This document shows, in pieces, positions 1 to 10,258 of a stretch of 32,000 nt of DNA (its first letter is position 1; each line of letters begins with the position of its first letter). Location of the stretch: assembly GCA_047651235.1 (NCBI GenBank), contig CP178758.1, forward strand, positions 240,001-272,000, in the 5' to 3' direction. Below the pieces are notes generated by a model. The model did not search any database. It was not told the DNA's origin and saw only the letters and a list, made by a program, of their open reading frames with translations. This DNA is from Candidatus Electrothrix yaqonensis. Lineage in GTDB: Bacteria; Desulfobacterota; Desulfobulbia; Desulfobulbales; Desulfobulbaceae. The position numbers and the translations under genes were made by a program.

Positions 1-786
1 AGTGCGCGGTCGGTGAGCGAACATCTGCTTAACGTTACCCGGACCAGTTTTACGGATATGCTGCAGTTTGTCCAATATCCCGATCATGACAGCTATACGG
101 TGGGGCATTCTGTCAGAGCTGCAATATTGGCTGTCTTTGTCGGTGAGCGTCTGGGCTTTGCCAACGAACACCTGATTGAGCTGGGGACCGCCGCCCTACT
201 GCATGATGTGGGCAAGGGAAAAATTCCTTCGGAAATTATCTATAAAATGGGCAAGCTGACCCGGGAGGAATTTGAACTGATGCGGGCTCATCCTGCAATT
301 GGCGCAGAGATTCTCCTTGAACACAAGGAGGCCACCCGGATGCAGATTACCGCAGCCTGGGGACATCATATCCGCTACGACGGCAGGGGATATCCGGAAG
401 TTCCGTCCTGGGCGGTACGCAGTCATGTCACATCCCTTTTGCAGATCTGCGATGTCTTTGAGGCATTGACTGCTGTTCGGCCGTATAAACCCTCTATTAC
501 TCCTTTGTCGGCATTCGGGATTATGGTCAATGACAAAGGAGCCTTTGATCCGGCACTGCTCTTTGCTTTTATTTCCGCCTTAGGTATTTATCCTCCCGGC
601 AATCAGGTACGGCTGAACAATGGCTGCTTAGGCATGGTTGTTGCCTCCAGTTCGGAAATTGATAAACCTGTAGTCTGTATCACCCATGATCAGGCAGGCG
701 ATGCCATAGATGAATGCGACCAGCAGGTTATTGATCTGTCAAAAGAGGCAGGAAAGGAAGTAACGGTTGCCGAACTGCTGATCTGA
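1..786 (+). CDS. HD-GYP domain protein (c-di-GMP phosphodiesterase family), probably 5'-partial at the window edge
   Basis: ORF 13..786 stays open in the same frame back to nt 1. It carries the motifs LLHDVGKGKIP (HD) and GHHIRYDGRGYP (GYP). Confidence 0.8.
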   Translation, partial: SARSVSEHLLNVTRTSFTDMLQFVQYPDHDSYTVGHSVRAAILAVFVGERLGFANEHLIELGTAALLHDVGKGKIPSEIIYKMGKLTREEFELMRAHPAIGAEILLEHKEATRMQITAAWGHHIRYDGRGYPEVPSWAVRSHVTSLLQICDVFEALTAVRPYKPSITPLSAFGIMVNDKGAFDPALLFAFISALGIYPPGNQVRLNNGCLGMVVASSSEIDKPVVCITHDQAGDAIDECDQQVIDLSKEAGKEVTVAELLI

Positions 787-1005
787 GCAGGCGGAGCATC
801 GGAAGAATCATACCCTTTCGGCAGGCAAAAGTTGGCAAAATTTTCTTTTTTCTGGTAGGTTCTTTTTGTTTCTTTCCGCTGTCGCGGACTGCGGGATCAA
901 CTTCTTCCCTGTTCCTGTCGCGGAATTTTTCTGTAGTCCTCCTGGATGGCCACCCTGTTGAGTGTTGCCGCCCGATAACGACTGTCCTGAAAAACTCTTG
1001 TTAGG

Positions 1006-1446
1006 TTGCCGGAAGTGAAAATTATAAGTGAAAAAATAAAAGCTTTCTTTGATACTTTTGTTAACTTGGTTTTCGGCGTTATTCTCTTATTTATGATCAT
1101 CGGTATGGCAATTGGGACTGCGCAGCTTTTTTTCACGACTTGGAGACTGTTTACTTCCTCAGGAATAACCGGGCACTACATTAACCTTATTACTGATATA
1201 TTAACACTATATGTATTAATCGAGCTCTCCAGATCACTTGTGGATTACTTTAATGTACATAAACTTCGGCTTACATATATCCTTGATGCCGCATTGGTGT
1301 TTGTGTTGCGCGAAGCGCTTATCTCCCTCTTTAAACATGAAATTAAACCAGACATGATATATGCCTTTTCGACGCTTTTATTCGTGCTCGGCGCTCTTCG
1401 TATAGGGTCTATCCTTCTGTATCAACGAGAAAAACTTCTTCTATAG
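1006..1446 (+). CDS. PsiE-like (phosphate-starvation-inducible) small integral membrane protein
   Basis: 146 aa with about 4 hydrophobic helices. The stretch LIELSRSLVDYF...ILDAALVFVLREALI resembles PsiE family proteins as I recall them. The start codon (TTG 1006 or GTG 1015) is uncertain. Confidence 0.5.
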   Translation: MPEVKIISEKIKAFFDTFVNLVFGVILLFMIIGMAIGTAQLFFTTWRLFTSSGITGHYINLITDILTLYVLIELSRSLVDYFNVHKLRLTYILDAALVFVLREALISLFKHEIKPDMIYAFSTLLFVLGALRIGSILLYQREKLLL

Positions 1447-1609
1447 TGCAGAGTGAGTCTGCACCTAATTCAGCTGTGTCGTCAGCTTTTTGCTTGTGAG
1501 TTACTGTCAAGGGCTGACTTGATCTATATGGACGTTCAAAGAGCTTTTCAGAACGACCGTTATCGGAAAACAACGTTCAACGGGATGACTACCCCTTCTG
1601 AGGGGGTAA

Positions 1610-2695
<1,086 letters not shown>

Positions 2696-2713
2696 CCAAG
2701 CAGAAAAGGAACC

Positions 2714-3634
2714 ATGACCAGAAGAGAAAATATCCTCCTTCTTGCGACGCAGGATTCTGTGCCGCTGGCAGATAAAGTGGCAGCAGAACTGAAAGTCGTC
2801 TGCACACCCATGATCCGTAAACAGTTTGCTGACGGTGAAATTTATCACGCCTTTCCCTGTGACGTATCCGGTCGGGATATTATTATTGTTTCCTCCACCC
2901 ACAGTGATGGAGCCCTTCAGGAACTGCTCGACCTGATTGCGGGCGGACGCTACTGGAATGCCCGCAGCGTTAATGTGGTGATCCCGTATCTGGGGTATTC
3001 CACGATGGAGCGGTCCAAGCCGGAATCCGGCGAAATTCCCAAGGGCATCACTCGGACCCGGCTGATTTTCCGGAGCCGCCCCAATTACGTGGCCTTTATC
3101 GACCTCCACTCCGAGGCCGTGCTCCACGCCCATTCCGGGGAGGTGAAAACCCGGCATCTGTGGACGGAATCGCTGGCTGCTCAGAAAATCCGCGATATGG
3201 AACTGGAGGATTATGTACTGGTTTCGCCTGATTACGGGTTCAGCAAGCGGGTTGCCCTGCTGGCCGGAATCCTGCGATGTCCGCACACGGCAGCCAACAA
3301 GGACAGGTATGATATTGATAAGACCATTATCAGCCAGCTTTCCAGTGCAGTCAAAGGGAAAACCGCGATTATCTGCGATGATATGATCCGTACAGGCGGT
3401 TCCATGCTGCAGACTGCAGACCGCTGCTACGAGGCCGGTGCGGTTGACGTGATGGTCATGGCGACGCATCTGGTGCTCTCCGGAGATTCCCGCGAGCGGT
3501 TCAGGGAAAAGGGCATTCACCGGATCATCGGGGCAGACACCTTCCCCGGCACCAAAAAGGACGATTTGCTGGAAGTATATTCCGTGGCACCGATTATTGC
3601 CAGTGAGCTGATTCACTATCTGCGGGTGGTGTAA
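2714..3634 (+). CDS. prs: ribose-phosphate pyrophosphokinase (PRPP synthetase) family protein, divergent
   Basis: 306 aa with FADGEIYHAF, VVIPYLGYSTMER and the PRPP-binding loop AIICDDMIRTGGSM. The GYSTMER loop differs from the canonical GYARQDR, so this may be a Prs paralogue. Confidence 0.75.
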   Translation: MTRRENILLLATQDSVPLADKVAAELKVVCTPMIRKQFADGEIYHAFPCDVSGRDIIIVSSTHSDGALQELLDLIAGGRYWNARSVNVVIPYLGYSTMERSKPESGEIPKGITRTRLIFRSRPNYVAFIDLHSEAVLHAHSGEVKTRHLWTESLAAQKIRDMELEDYVLVSPDYGFSKRVALLAGILRCPHTAANKDRYDIDKTIISQLSSAVKGKTAIICDDMIRTGGSMLQTADRCYEAGAVDVMVMATHLVLSGDSRERFREKGIHRIIGADTFPGTKKDDLLEVYSVAPIIASELIHYLRVV

Positions 3635-3708
3635 ACGAATTCCTTCCGAAAGGGACGGACAACTTCAAACCGGCGGGTTGCTCCCGCCCCGAAAAAATAG
3701 GAAAAAAG

Positions 3709-4824
3709 ATGAAGAAAGTAGGGATAATCGGTTGGCGGGGCATGGTCGGTTCCGTGCTTATGGAGCGTATGCGCGAGGAAGATGATTTTCAGGGGATTGA
3801 GCCTCTGTTTTTTTCCACTTCCCAGGCTGGGCAGGAGGGGCCGGAGGTCAGCGGCACCACCTATGAACTCCAAGATGCCCTTGATATCAAGCTGCTCAAG
3901 GAAGCAGACATCCTGCTTTCCTGCCAGGGCGGCGAATACACTTCCGAGGTCTATCCGAAGCTGCGTAATGAAGGCTGGGAAGGCTACTGGATCGATGCGG
4001 CTTCTACTCTGCGCATGGAGAACGATTCCATTATTGTTCTGGATCCGGTGAACCGTAAGGTGATTGATCAGGGGCTTGCCGACGGAATCAAAAATTATAT
4101 CGGCGGCAACTGTACGGTTTCCCTTATGCTCATGGCTCTGGCCGGTCTATTTGAACAGGGCTGGGTGGAATGGATTACCTCGCAGACGTATCAGGCTGCC
4201 TCCGGGGCAGGGGCCAAAAATATGCTTGAGCTGGTCAACCAGATGCGCCTGATCGGAGAGAATGCTCAGAACTTGCTGGATGACCATGAGACTATTATGA
4301 AAATTGATAAAAACGTAACCAACACCATCCGCAGCCCGCGTTTTTTGACCAAGCATTTCGGCGCCCCCTTGGCGGCCAGCCTTATCCCTTGGATCGATCG
4401 GGATATGGAGAACGGTCAAACCCGCGAAGAGTGGAAGGGGATCAGTGAGACCAATAAAATTCTTGGTTATACGGAAAACCGGATTCCCATTGATGGCTGC
4501 TGTGTCCGGGTCGGCTCCATGCGTTGTCACAGCCAAGCCTTCACCATCAAACTGAATCAGGATGTTCCTCTTGCCGATATCGAGGAAGCTATTGCCGGGC
4601 AGAACAAATGGGTCTACCTGGTTGCCAATACCAAGGAAGAGACGGTCAATAAACTGACCCCGACCCGGGTCACCGGAACCCTGGATATTCCGGTGGGACG
4701 GCTGCGCAAAATGAATTTGGGAGAGCAGTACCTGAGCGCCTTTTCTGTCGGAGACCAGCTGCTATGGGGCGCTGCCGAGCCGGTGCGGCGGATGCTGAAG
4801 ATTGCTCTGGAGCATATCGGCTGA
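3709..4824 (+). CDS. asd: aspartate-semialdehyde dehydrogenase (E. coli-type long form)
   Basis: 371 aa. MKKVGIIGWRGMVGSVLMERM, GGNCTVSLMLMAL, QAASGAGAKNM, CVRVGSMRCHSQAF and DQLLWGAAEPVRRML are near-colinear with E. coli Asd. Confidence 0.95.
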   Translation: MKKVGIIGWRGMVGSVLMERMREEDDFQGIEPLFFSTSQAGQEGPEVSGTTYELQDALDIKLLKEADILLSCQGGEYTSEVYPKLRNEGWEGYWIDAASTLRMENDSIIVLDPVNRKVIDQGLADGIKNYIGGNCTVSLMLMALAGLFEQGWVEWITSQTYQAASGAGAKNMLELVNQMRLIGENAQNLLDDHETIMKIDKNVTNTIRSPRFLTKHFGAPLAASLIPWIDRDMENGQTREEWKGISETNKILGYTENRIPIDGCCVRVGSMRCHSQAFTIKLNQDVPLADIEEAIAGQNKWVYLVANTKEETVNKLTPTRVTGTLDIPVGRLRKMNLGEQYLSAFSVGDQLLWGAAEPVRRMLKIALEHIG

Positions 4825-4910
4825 GATTTTCTTTATTGCGAAGCTCCGGGAGTTCCCACTGTTTGAGGCGAACTGTACAAAACATTTCAGTTTGATCTCC
4901 CGCCCTAAGG

Positions 4911-5555
4911 ATGGTTCATTTCCATCAAGCCGAGCGCAAAAAAGACCGGCAGAGCATGGTGCGACGCTGCAATAAACGGCAGGATATGGAAACCCGTTAC
5001 AGGCGGGCGAGGCGGCGTAGTCTGGTGAGTGCGAAGCCAGGGCTCCATGACTGTATTCTGGTTCTGGACGGCCTTAAGCCGGATTTCAATATCGGCAAAA
5101 TCTTCAGAACAGCAGATGCCTTCGGGGCCTTTGAACTTCACTTGGTGGGCGTGGAATTTTTTGATCCGGAACCGGCCAAGGGGTCAGTGCGCTGGGTCGG
5201 TTTTCATCTCCATGAAAATTTTGCCTCCTGTTATTCGGTACTGATCGAAGCCGGGTATACGATAACCGTGCTGGAACCCGGCTGCCCGAAACTGCTGGGC
5301 AACTGTGCGCTGGAGAAAAAATCCGCCTTTATTCTGGGGCATGAAGAATTCGGTATCAGTTTTGACAGAGCCGAATATCCGGATATTGCTGGCATCTCCA
5401 TTCCGCAGTGGGGACATGTGCAGAGTCTGAATGTCAGTATTGCCGCTTCGATTGTCATGTATGAATACGTGCGCCAGCACGGCAGACCGGTTTCCGAGGG
5501 GCTGCCGCAGAAACATGCTACCACAACCCGAACAACCCGACACTGCAGGCGGTAA
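4911..5555 (+). CDS. TrmH/SpoU-family RNA 2'-O-methyltransferase
   Basis: 214 aa with NIGKIFRTADAFG, FILGHEEFGIS and IPQWGHVQSLNVSIAASIVMYE (SpoU motifs 1-3). The basic N-terminal extension leaves the start uncertain. Confidence 0.8.
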   Translation: MVHFHQAERKKDRQSMVRRCNKRQDMETRYRRARRRSLVSAKPGLHDCILVLDGLKPDFNIGKIFRTADAFGAFELHLVGVEFFDPEPAKGSVRWVGFHLHENFASCYSVLIEAGYTITVLEPGCPKLLGNCALEKKSAFILGHEEFGISFDRAEYPDIAGISIPQWGHVQSLNVSIAASIVMYEYVRQHGRPVSEGLPQKHATTTRTTRHCRR

Positions 5556-5560
5556 ATAAT

Positions 5561-6118
5561 ATGTCTGAGTCTGATATATCCGCACAGAATGCACACAATG
5601 CAAAAGGCGTCTTCCTGCTTTTTACCGGCAACGGCAAAGGAAAAACCACGGCAGCCCTCGGACTGACCCTGCGGATGATCGGGCATGGCGGCAGAGTCTG
5701 TTTTATTCAGTTTATCAAAGGAAGCTGGAAGTACGGTGAACTGGAAGCAGCCAGCCGGTTTCAGGATCTGCTGGACTTTCACGTCATGGGGCGCGGATTT
5801 ACCTGGAAATCGGATAATCCGGACAAGGATATTGCAGCAGCCCGTGAGGCATGGGAATTTGCCCAGGAGACAATTCAGAAAAATCAGCACCAATTGGTGG
5901 TGCTGGATGAACTGACCTATCCGATTACCTACGGGATAATCGATGAACAGGAAGTCATCAGGACAATCGTGGCCCGTGCCCCGGAGATGCATATTGCTGT
6001 TACCGGCAGAGGGGCCGGAGAACAGTTGGTGCAGGCGGCAGACCTGGTCACCGAGATGCAGGAGGTCAGGCATCCCTATACAAACGGGACACCGGCGCAG
6101 AAGGGGATTGAGTTCTGA
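5561..6118 (+). CDS. cobO: cob(I)yrinic acid a,c-diamide adenosyltransferase (CobO/BtuR type)
   Basis: 185 aa with the P-loop-like FTGNGKGKTTAALG, then VVLDELTY and a C-terminal HPY..G..AQKGIEF. Confidence 0.88.
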   Translation: MSESDISAQNAHNAKGVFLLFTGNGKGKTTAALGLTLRMIGHGGRVCFIQFIKGSWKYGELEAASRFQDLLDFHVMGRGFTWKSDNPDKDIAAAREAWEFAQETIQKNQHQLVVLDELTYPITYGIIDEQEVIRTIVARAPEMHIAVTGRGAGEQLVQAADLVTEMQEVRHPYTNGTPAQKGIEF

Positions 6119-6158
6119 TCCGGCTGGCTCGGTTCATGCGGCTTCATGCGCTGCGCCG

Positions 6159-6215
6159 AAAAAAGAAAATAGGTGCCGCCGATATCCCTGAGATCATCCT
6201 GCCGATGGCACCTAT
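6159..6215 (-). terminator. rho-independent terminator for a minus-strand transcript; the displaced original terminator of the oxidoreductase gene
   Basis: A 9-bp stem joins ATAGGTGCC (6169-6177) to GGCACCTAT (6207-6215). On the minus strand it is followed by TTTTCTTTTTT (plus-strand A-run 6159-6169). It lies just downstream, in the minus sense, of the orphaned stop codon at 6231-6233. Confidence 0.55.
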
Positions 6216-6230
6216 ACACATTGACTCATG

Positions 6231-6276
6231 TTACCCGATCTCCCGCATAACCTCCCGGATCAGGTTGATGTAGACC
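6231..6276 (-). pseudogene. orphaned original 3' end of the FAD oxidoreductase gene (encodes ...VYINLIREVMREIG*)
   Basis: The minus strand reads GTC TAC ATC AAC CTG ATC CGG GAG GTT ATG CGG GAG ATC GGG TAA. It starts in the left copy of the ISAs1 target duplication, in the frame that continues ...SRAGVY of ORF 7015..8166. Confidence 0.7.
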
Positions 6277-6277
6277 G

Positions 6278-7033
6278 CAGGGCTGTTCAATTCTATAAGA
6301 GCTTGTATTTTCAAGACGTATGCAGTAATTGATACAGAAAAACTTTACACGAGGATTCTGCATGCTGTTTTTTTGCTGAACACAATCAAAGATCATCGAC
6401 GCGGGCAGGGCCGGCGATATGAGCTTACGCATATTCTTCTGTTTTCGATCATGGCGATCCTGAGCGGTTCGGATTCTTATCGCAAAATCCATCTGTTCGT
6501 TGATGCGCATCGTGAAAGGCTCAATGAATATTTCGGCCTGGACTGGAAAAAAGCTCCTGCATATACAACGATCCGCACTGTCATTCTGAATACTTCCGGT
6601 TCGGAACTTGAGCGGATTTTCAGGGAGCACGGCAAAGCTCTCGCGGAAGAGGAACCGGACGGAGAATTTATTCGTTGCGACGGCAAAACTCTCCGGGGAA
6701 GTTTCGATAACATGAAGGATATTAATCAGCTTCAGATATTGAGTGCTTTTGCTGGCGACCGCGCCGTCGTTCTCGGCCATGAAGAAATCAGGGAGAAAAG
6801 CAATGAAATCCCGGCGGCGCGGAAACTGATGAAAGAACTCGGTTTATCCGACCGCATTTGACCGCTCCCGAATTCGTTGCAATCCGCACATATTTGCGAA
6901 ACTGAGAAGCTTCGCTCTCAATATTCTTCGTAAGAACAAGGTGAAAAATGTCAGCCGGGAGCTTTTCAGGAACTGTATGGATATAAATCGTCTGTTTGAT
7001 TACGCCGGGATTTTCTAGAATTGAACAGCCCTG
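6278..7033 (+). mobile_element. defective, internally deleted ISAs1-family insertion sequence with intact terminal inverted repeats and a 9-bp target-site duplication
   Basis: IRL CAGGGCTGTTCAATTCTA (6278-6295) is the exact reverse complement of IRR TAGAATTGAACAGCCCTG (7016-7033). Flanking direct repeats ATGTAGACC sit at 6268-6276 and 7034-7042. At about 756 bp the element is far shorter than a full ISAs1 element. Confidence 0.85.
6373..7018 (+). pseudogene. ISAs1-family (H-repeat-associated) transposase remnant with the DDE core deleted and a frame change
   Basis: ORF 6373..6861 carries the N-terminal region (IKDHRRGQGRRYELTHILLFSIMAILSG, CDGKTLRGSFD, KSNEIPAARKLM). A different frame at 6872..7018 encodes the family C-terminus (FAKLRSFALNILRKNKVKNVSRELFRNCMDINRLFDYAGIF*). 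The catalytic middle of roughly 200 aa is missing, and I saw no ATG start. Confidence 0.8.
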
Positions 7034-8166
7034 ATGTAGACCCCGGCCCGGCTGACATTGCCGAGAAAAAGCATACCGACAAGACGATCTCCGGCAAAAA
7101 TGAGTTTGCGGTAATTGTCTCCTGATGCCTCTGTGTAAACCGCATACTCTTCCGAATCGGCATGCAGATCCCCGGCGGAAATAATAGGCAGACTGGCTAT
7201 ATCGGTACTGTTCAGGGAAGAGAGCAGCGGCGGCACATAGGCCTCGATGCCGCTCATGTTGAACCCGGCAGTTCTGGACATATGAACGGCATTGCCCCAC
7301 AGAGCGCTGACAACGTCCTTGCCGACAACCGCATCATGGAACTGCACTATGTCACCGGCGGCGTAGACGTCTGGAACCGAAGTCCGCATTGTCCGGTCCG
7401 TGAGCACCGCCTGATCAACTGTAATCCCGGAACCGGCAAGAAAATCGATATTCGGCTGCACACCCACCATCAGGATAACCAGGTCAGCAGCAACGGTTTT
7501 TATCGAGGACAGCCGGACGCCGGTTGCCCTGCCGTCAGCAGTAAGAATTTCCTGGGCAGACTCTTTCGTCAGAATATCCATGCCGCTTTGCCGCAGCCGC
7601 CGGGTGATTCGATCGGCAATTTCCGTATCAGCGATATGCGGCAGAATATGACGGCGCTGCTCGACCACTGTAACCTGCAGTTTTGTGCGCTGCAGGGCCT
7701 CGGCCACCTTGATTCCGGCAAAGGCGCCGCCGACCACCACGGCATTTCTGCATCCTTTCAGGTACTCCCGTACCTTGAGCGCCTCATCCAGAGTGCGCAG
7801 GGTAAAAACGCCCTGACTGTCGATACCGGCAATATCAGGTAATGTGGAAGAGCTGCCCGCAGCCAGCAGCAGCCGGTCATAGTTCAGCTCCTGACCCGAC
7901 CCGAGTCCGACGGTCCGCTTCTCCGGATCAACAGCAATACACCGATCATGGTGGATATGCACCCGCTCATCATCCGAGGGTTGCTCGGTAAATAAAATTT
8001 CATCCACTGTACGGCTGTCGTCGAGCAGATAGGGGATCAGGGCGCGGTAATAAAACGGCACCGCTTCATCAGCCACTACCCGGATTTCTGCTCCCGGACT
8101 GTTGGTCCGGATCACATTCAGTGCGGTGGAGGCGGAAATGGAGCCGCCCACGATGACATATTGCAT
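7015..8166 (-). CDS. FAD/NAD(P)-dependent pyridine nucleotide-disulfide oxidoreductase; C-terminus replaced by IS-derived codons
   Basis: 383 aa with an N-terminal dinucleotide fold YVIVGGSISAST, a second Rossmann fold VVVGGAFAGIKVAEAL, and VYAAGD. The last codons (..IRAVQF*) and the stop are encoded by the ISAs1 right inverted repeat. Confidence 0.8.
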   Translation of the reverse strand: MQYVIVGGSISASTALNVIRTNSPGAEIRVVADEAVPFYYRALIPYLLDDSRTVDEILFTEQPSDDERVHIHHDRCIAVDPEKRTVGLGSGQELNYDRLLLAAGSSSTLPDIAGIDSQGVFTLRTLDEALKVREYLKGCRNAVVVGGAFAGIKVAEALQRTKLQVTVVEQRRHILPHIADTEIADRITRRLRQSGMDILTKESAQEILTADGRATGVRLSSIKTVAADLVILMVGVQPNIDFLAGSGITVDQAVLTDRTMRTSVPDVYAAGDIVQFHDAVVGKDVVSALWGNAVHMSRTAGFNMSGIEAYVPPLLSSLNSTDIASLPIISAGDLHADSEEYAVYTEASGDNYRKLIFAGDRLVGMLFLGNVSRAGVYIRAVQF

Positions 8167-8537
8167 ATTTTTCTCCTTTACGTACTGCGTCAGGTGTCAT
8201 ACTCAATTGCTGATGGTTGCTGAAATTGTAATCTTAATGGATTATTATGCGAAAATCAATCAGGCTGACAATTTTCCCGAAGCGGTATTTTTCGGCGGGT
8301 TTCCGTTCAAACAACAGCTCCGATTGCTGAATCTCCCGGCAGTACAGCCGGGGCGTCGCATCCTTTTGAGCAGTCTGATATTCATGATGAAAAACCGGGA
8401 AGTTTGTGTTCTGATAGGAGAGTGCTTATCCGTTGGCAGGCCGGGAACAGCGGTCTGCTCCTATTATCCCATCATCATTATCACACGGGGCGCGACATAA
8501 CCCTCTATAAATATGTAAAATAAATAACAGGCAAGAG

Positions 8538-9815
8538 ATGGAGAATCTTATGAACAACAACGAAATAGAACAACTCATCACCGGTATGGCTGAAAAGGGC
8601 CGAAAAGCAGCCCGCAAGCTGGCTGCCCTGCCCACGTCGGTCAAGAATGACATTCTGCTGGCTACTGCCGTTCAGCTTCAGGCGGAGCGGGAATTTATCC
8701 GCACGGAAAACGAAAAAGACCTTGCTGCAGGTCGGGAGAAAGGATTGTCCACCGCCATGCTGGATCGTCTGGAACTGAGCGACAAAGTCATTGCCTCGAT
8801 GATTCAGGGGCTGGAGGAAATCGCTGCTCTGCCGGACCCAGTGGGCGAAGTGGATGACATGAAGCGCAGGCCCAGCGGCATCACCGTGGGCCGGATGCGG
8901 GTACCGCTCGGTGTAGTAGGCATGATCTACGAATCCCGGCCAAATGTGACCATTGACGCAGCTGCCCTCTGCCTGAAGGCCGGGAACGGCGTCCTGCTGC
9001 GGGGCGGCTCCGAGGCTATCCACTCCAATCTGGCTCTGGCCAGGCTGCTGCAGAAGGTGCTGGAGGCCCATGATGTCCCGAAAGAGGCTGTGCAGGTCAT
9101 CCCGGTGACTGACCGTTACGGGGTCAATGCCATGCTGGCTCAGGAGGAGTTTGTCGATGTCGTCATCCCCAGGGGCGGCGAGGGTCTGATCCGTTTTGTC
9201 ACGGAAAATTCTAAGATTCCGGTACTCAAACATTATAAAGGCGTCTGTCACCTTTATATGGACGACAGCGGTGACATCGATACCGGCATCCGCATTGCCA
9301 TGAACGGCAAGACCCAGCGGCCTGGAGTATGTAATGCTCTGGAAGGAATGCTGGTGCATAAAGGAATTGCAGATCACTTTCTGCCTGCCGCTGCCAAGGA
9401 GCTGATCGCTGCCGGAGTAGAGCTGCGCGGCTGCGATCAGAGCTGCGCCCTGGTGCCAGAGATCGTGCCGGCGGAAGGCACGGACTGGGGTACCGAGTTT
9501 CTGGACCTGAAAATGGTCGTCCGGGTGGTGGGGGATATGGATGAGGCCATGCGCTACATCGAACAGTACGGCTCACAGCATACCGAGGTCATCGTCACCG
9601 AATCCTATGCAAACAGCCAGCGTTTTCTGCGCGAGGTAGATGCCTCGGCCGTAATGGTCAATGCCTCCAGCCGGTTCAACGACGGCGGCCAGTTCGGTCT
9701 GGGTGCGGAGATCGGCATCTCCACCACCAAGCTGCATGCCTACGGACCGATGGGGCTGGAAGAACTGACCACCAGGAAATTCGTGGTTTACGGAGAAGGG
9801 GAGGTGCGGAAGTAG
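8538..9815 (+). CDS. proA: glutamate-5-semialdehyde dehydrogenase (gamma-glutamyl phosphate reductase)
   Basis: 425 aa with PDPVGEV, GMIYESRPNVTIDAAALCLKAGNGVLLRGGSEA, CNALEGMLVH, HTEVIVTE, and NASSRFNDGGQFGLGAEIGISTTKLHAYGPMG. Confidence 0.93.
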   Translation: MENLMNNNEIEQLITGMAEKGRKAARKLAALPTSVKNDILLATAVQLQAEREFIRTENEKDLAAGREKGLSTAMLDRLELSDKVIASMIQGLEEIAALPDPVGEVDDMKRRPSGITVGRMRVPLGVVGMIYESRPNVTIDAAALCLKAGNGVLLRGGSEAIHSNLALARLLQKVLEAHDVPKEAVQVIPVTDRYGVNAMLAQEEFVDVVIPRGGEGLIRFVTENSKIPVLKHYKGVCHLYMDDSGDIDTGIRIAMNGKTQRPGVCNALEGMLVHKGIADHFLPAAAKELIAAGVELRGCDQSCALVPEIVPAEGTDWGTEFLDLKMVVRVVGDMDEAMRYIEQYGSQHTEVIVTESYANSQRFLREVDASAVMVNASSRFNDGGQFGLGAEIGISTTKLHAYGPMGLEELTTRKFVVYGEGEVRK

Positions 9816-9974
9816 GCTCTCTTGTTCATCCCGCAGTCTATTGCGGAAAAAAGCAGAATGGCGGAAACAATCGGCCTTACTCCAGATAAAAGAGTAATAT
9901 ACAATGTTCTTTTAAAATGTCATTGATATTTTTTATCGCGTTTCTTTTTTCCTTTTAAAATTGGAAGAAGAACC

Positions 9975-10002
9975 TTGACAGCAGAGCTACATGCATTATC
10001 TT
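9975..10002 (+). promoter_or_regulatory. possible sigma70-type promoter for the hsp20 leader or an sRNA
   Basis: TTGACA (9975-9980), a 16-nt spacer, then TATCTT (9997-10002). This is a sequence match only. Confidence 0.3.
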
Positions 10003-10062
10003 TTGGCTGGAATATGAAAGACAGTATGATTTTCTTTCATAACTTGTAAATCAAGTTCATTC

Positions 10063-10258
10063 TGCCTATCCGGAGGGAAAAGCTACTACCGGCTGGAATG
10101 TTCCTGCGGATCATGAAGTCTGAGGTGAAGCGGACTGAGATTCAGAGCATCTGGCTGAAATTCCGGATAGGCACAGTGAGTTAAGGGAAGAGGTATACCG
10201 GGTTCCTGCGGCAGTTGAAGGCAGCTGAATCCGGTATGATTGTTTTTATTCATTTTTT
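10063..10258 (+). promoter_or_regulatory. structured 5' leader (riboswitch/attenuator-like, or an independent sRNA) ending in an intrinsic-terminator-like hairpin upstream of hsp20
   Basis: A perfect 12-bp long-range helix joins TGCCTATCCGGA (10063-10074) to TCCGGATAGGCA (10162-10173) and encloses about 87 nt. An 11-bp hairpin follows, ATACCGGGTTC (10195-10205) with GAATCCGGTAT (10227-10237), with an inner CTGC/GCAG extension. The U-rich GATTGTTTTTATTCATTTTTT tract comes next, then the RBS AGGAGG (10264-10269) and the ATG at 10277. Confidence 0.45.

Noticed and set aside
3585-3602. Sigma-54-like TGGCAC..TTGC element upstream of asd
   Set aside because: The GG-to-GC spacing is one nucleotide too long, and the site lies inside the prs-like coding region.
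5231-6073. 280-aa minus-strand ORF
   Set aside because: It is antisense to the trmH-family and cobO genes, both of which have clear motifs on the plus strand.
6226-6780. 184-aa minus-strand ORF across the IS remnant
   Set aside because: It is antisense to recognisable ISAs1 transposase sequence. Its 3' end is in a different frame from the reconstructed oxidoreductase C-terminus.
8505-9377. 290-aa minus-strand ORF
   Set aside because: It is antisense to proA and has no motifs or RBS.
10063-10173. Assignment of the hsp20 leader to a known riboswitch class (cobalamin, TPP, SAM-I, ZTP, glycine, fluoride, guanidine-I, c-di-GMP-II, yybP-ykoY) or to a ROSE-type thermometer
   Set aside because: The conserved core sequences of those classes, as I remember them, are not present. 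I found no SD-masking CCUCC segment. It is kept only as an unclassified structured leader.
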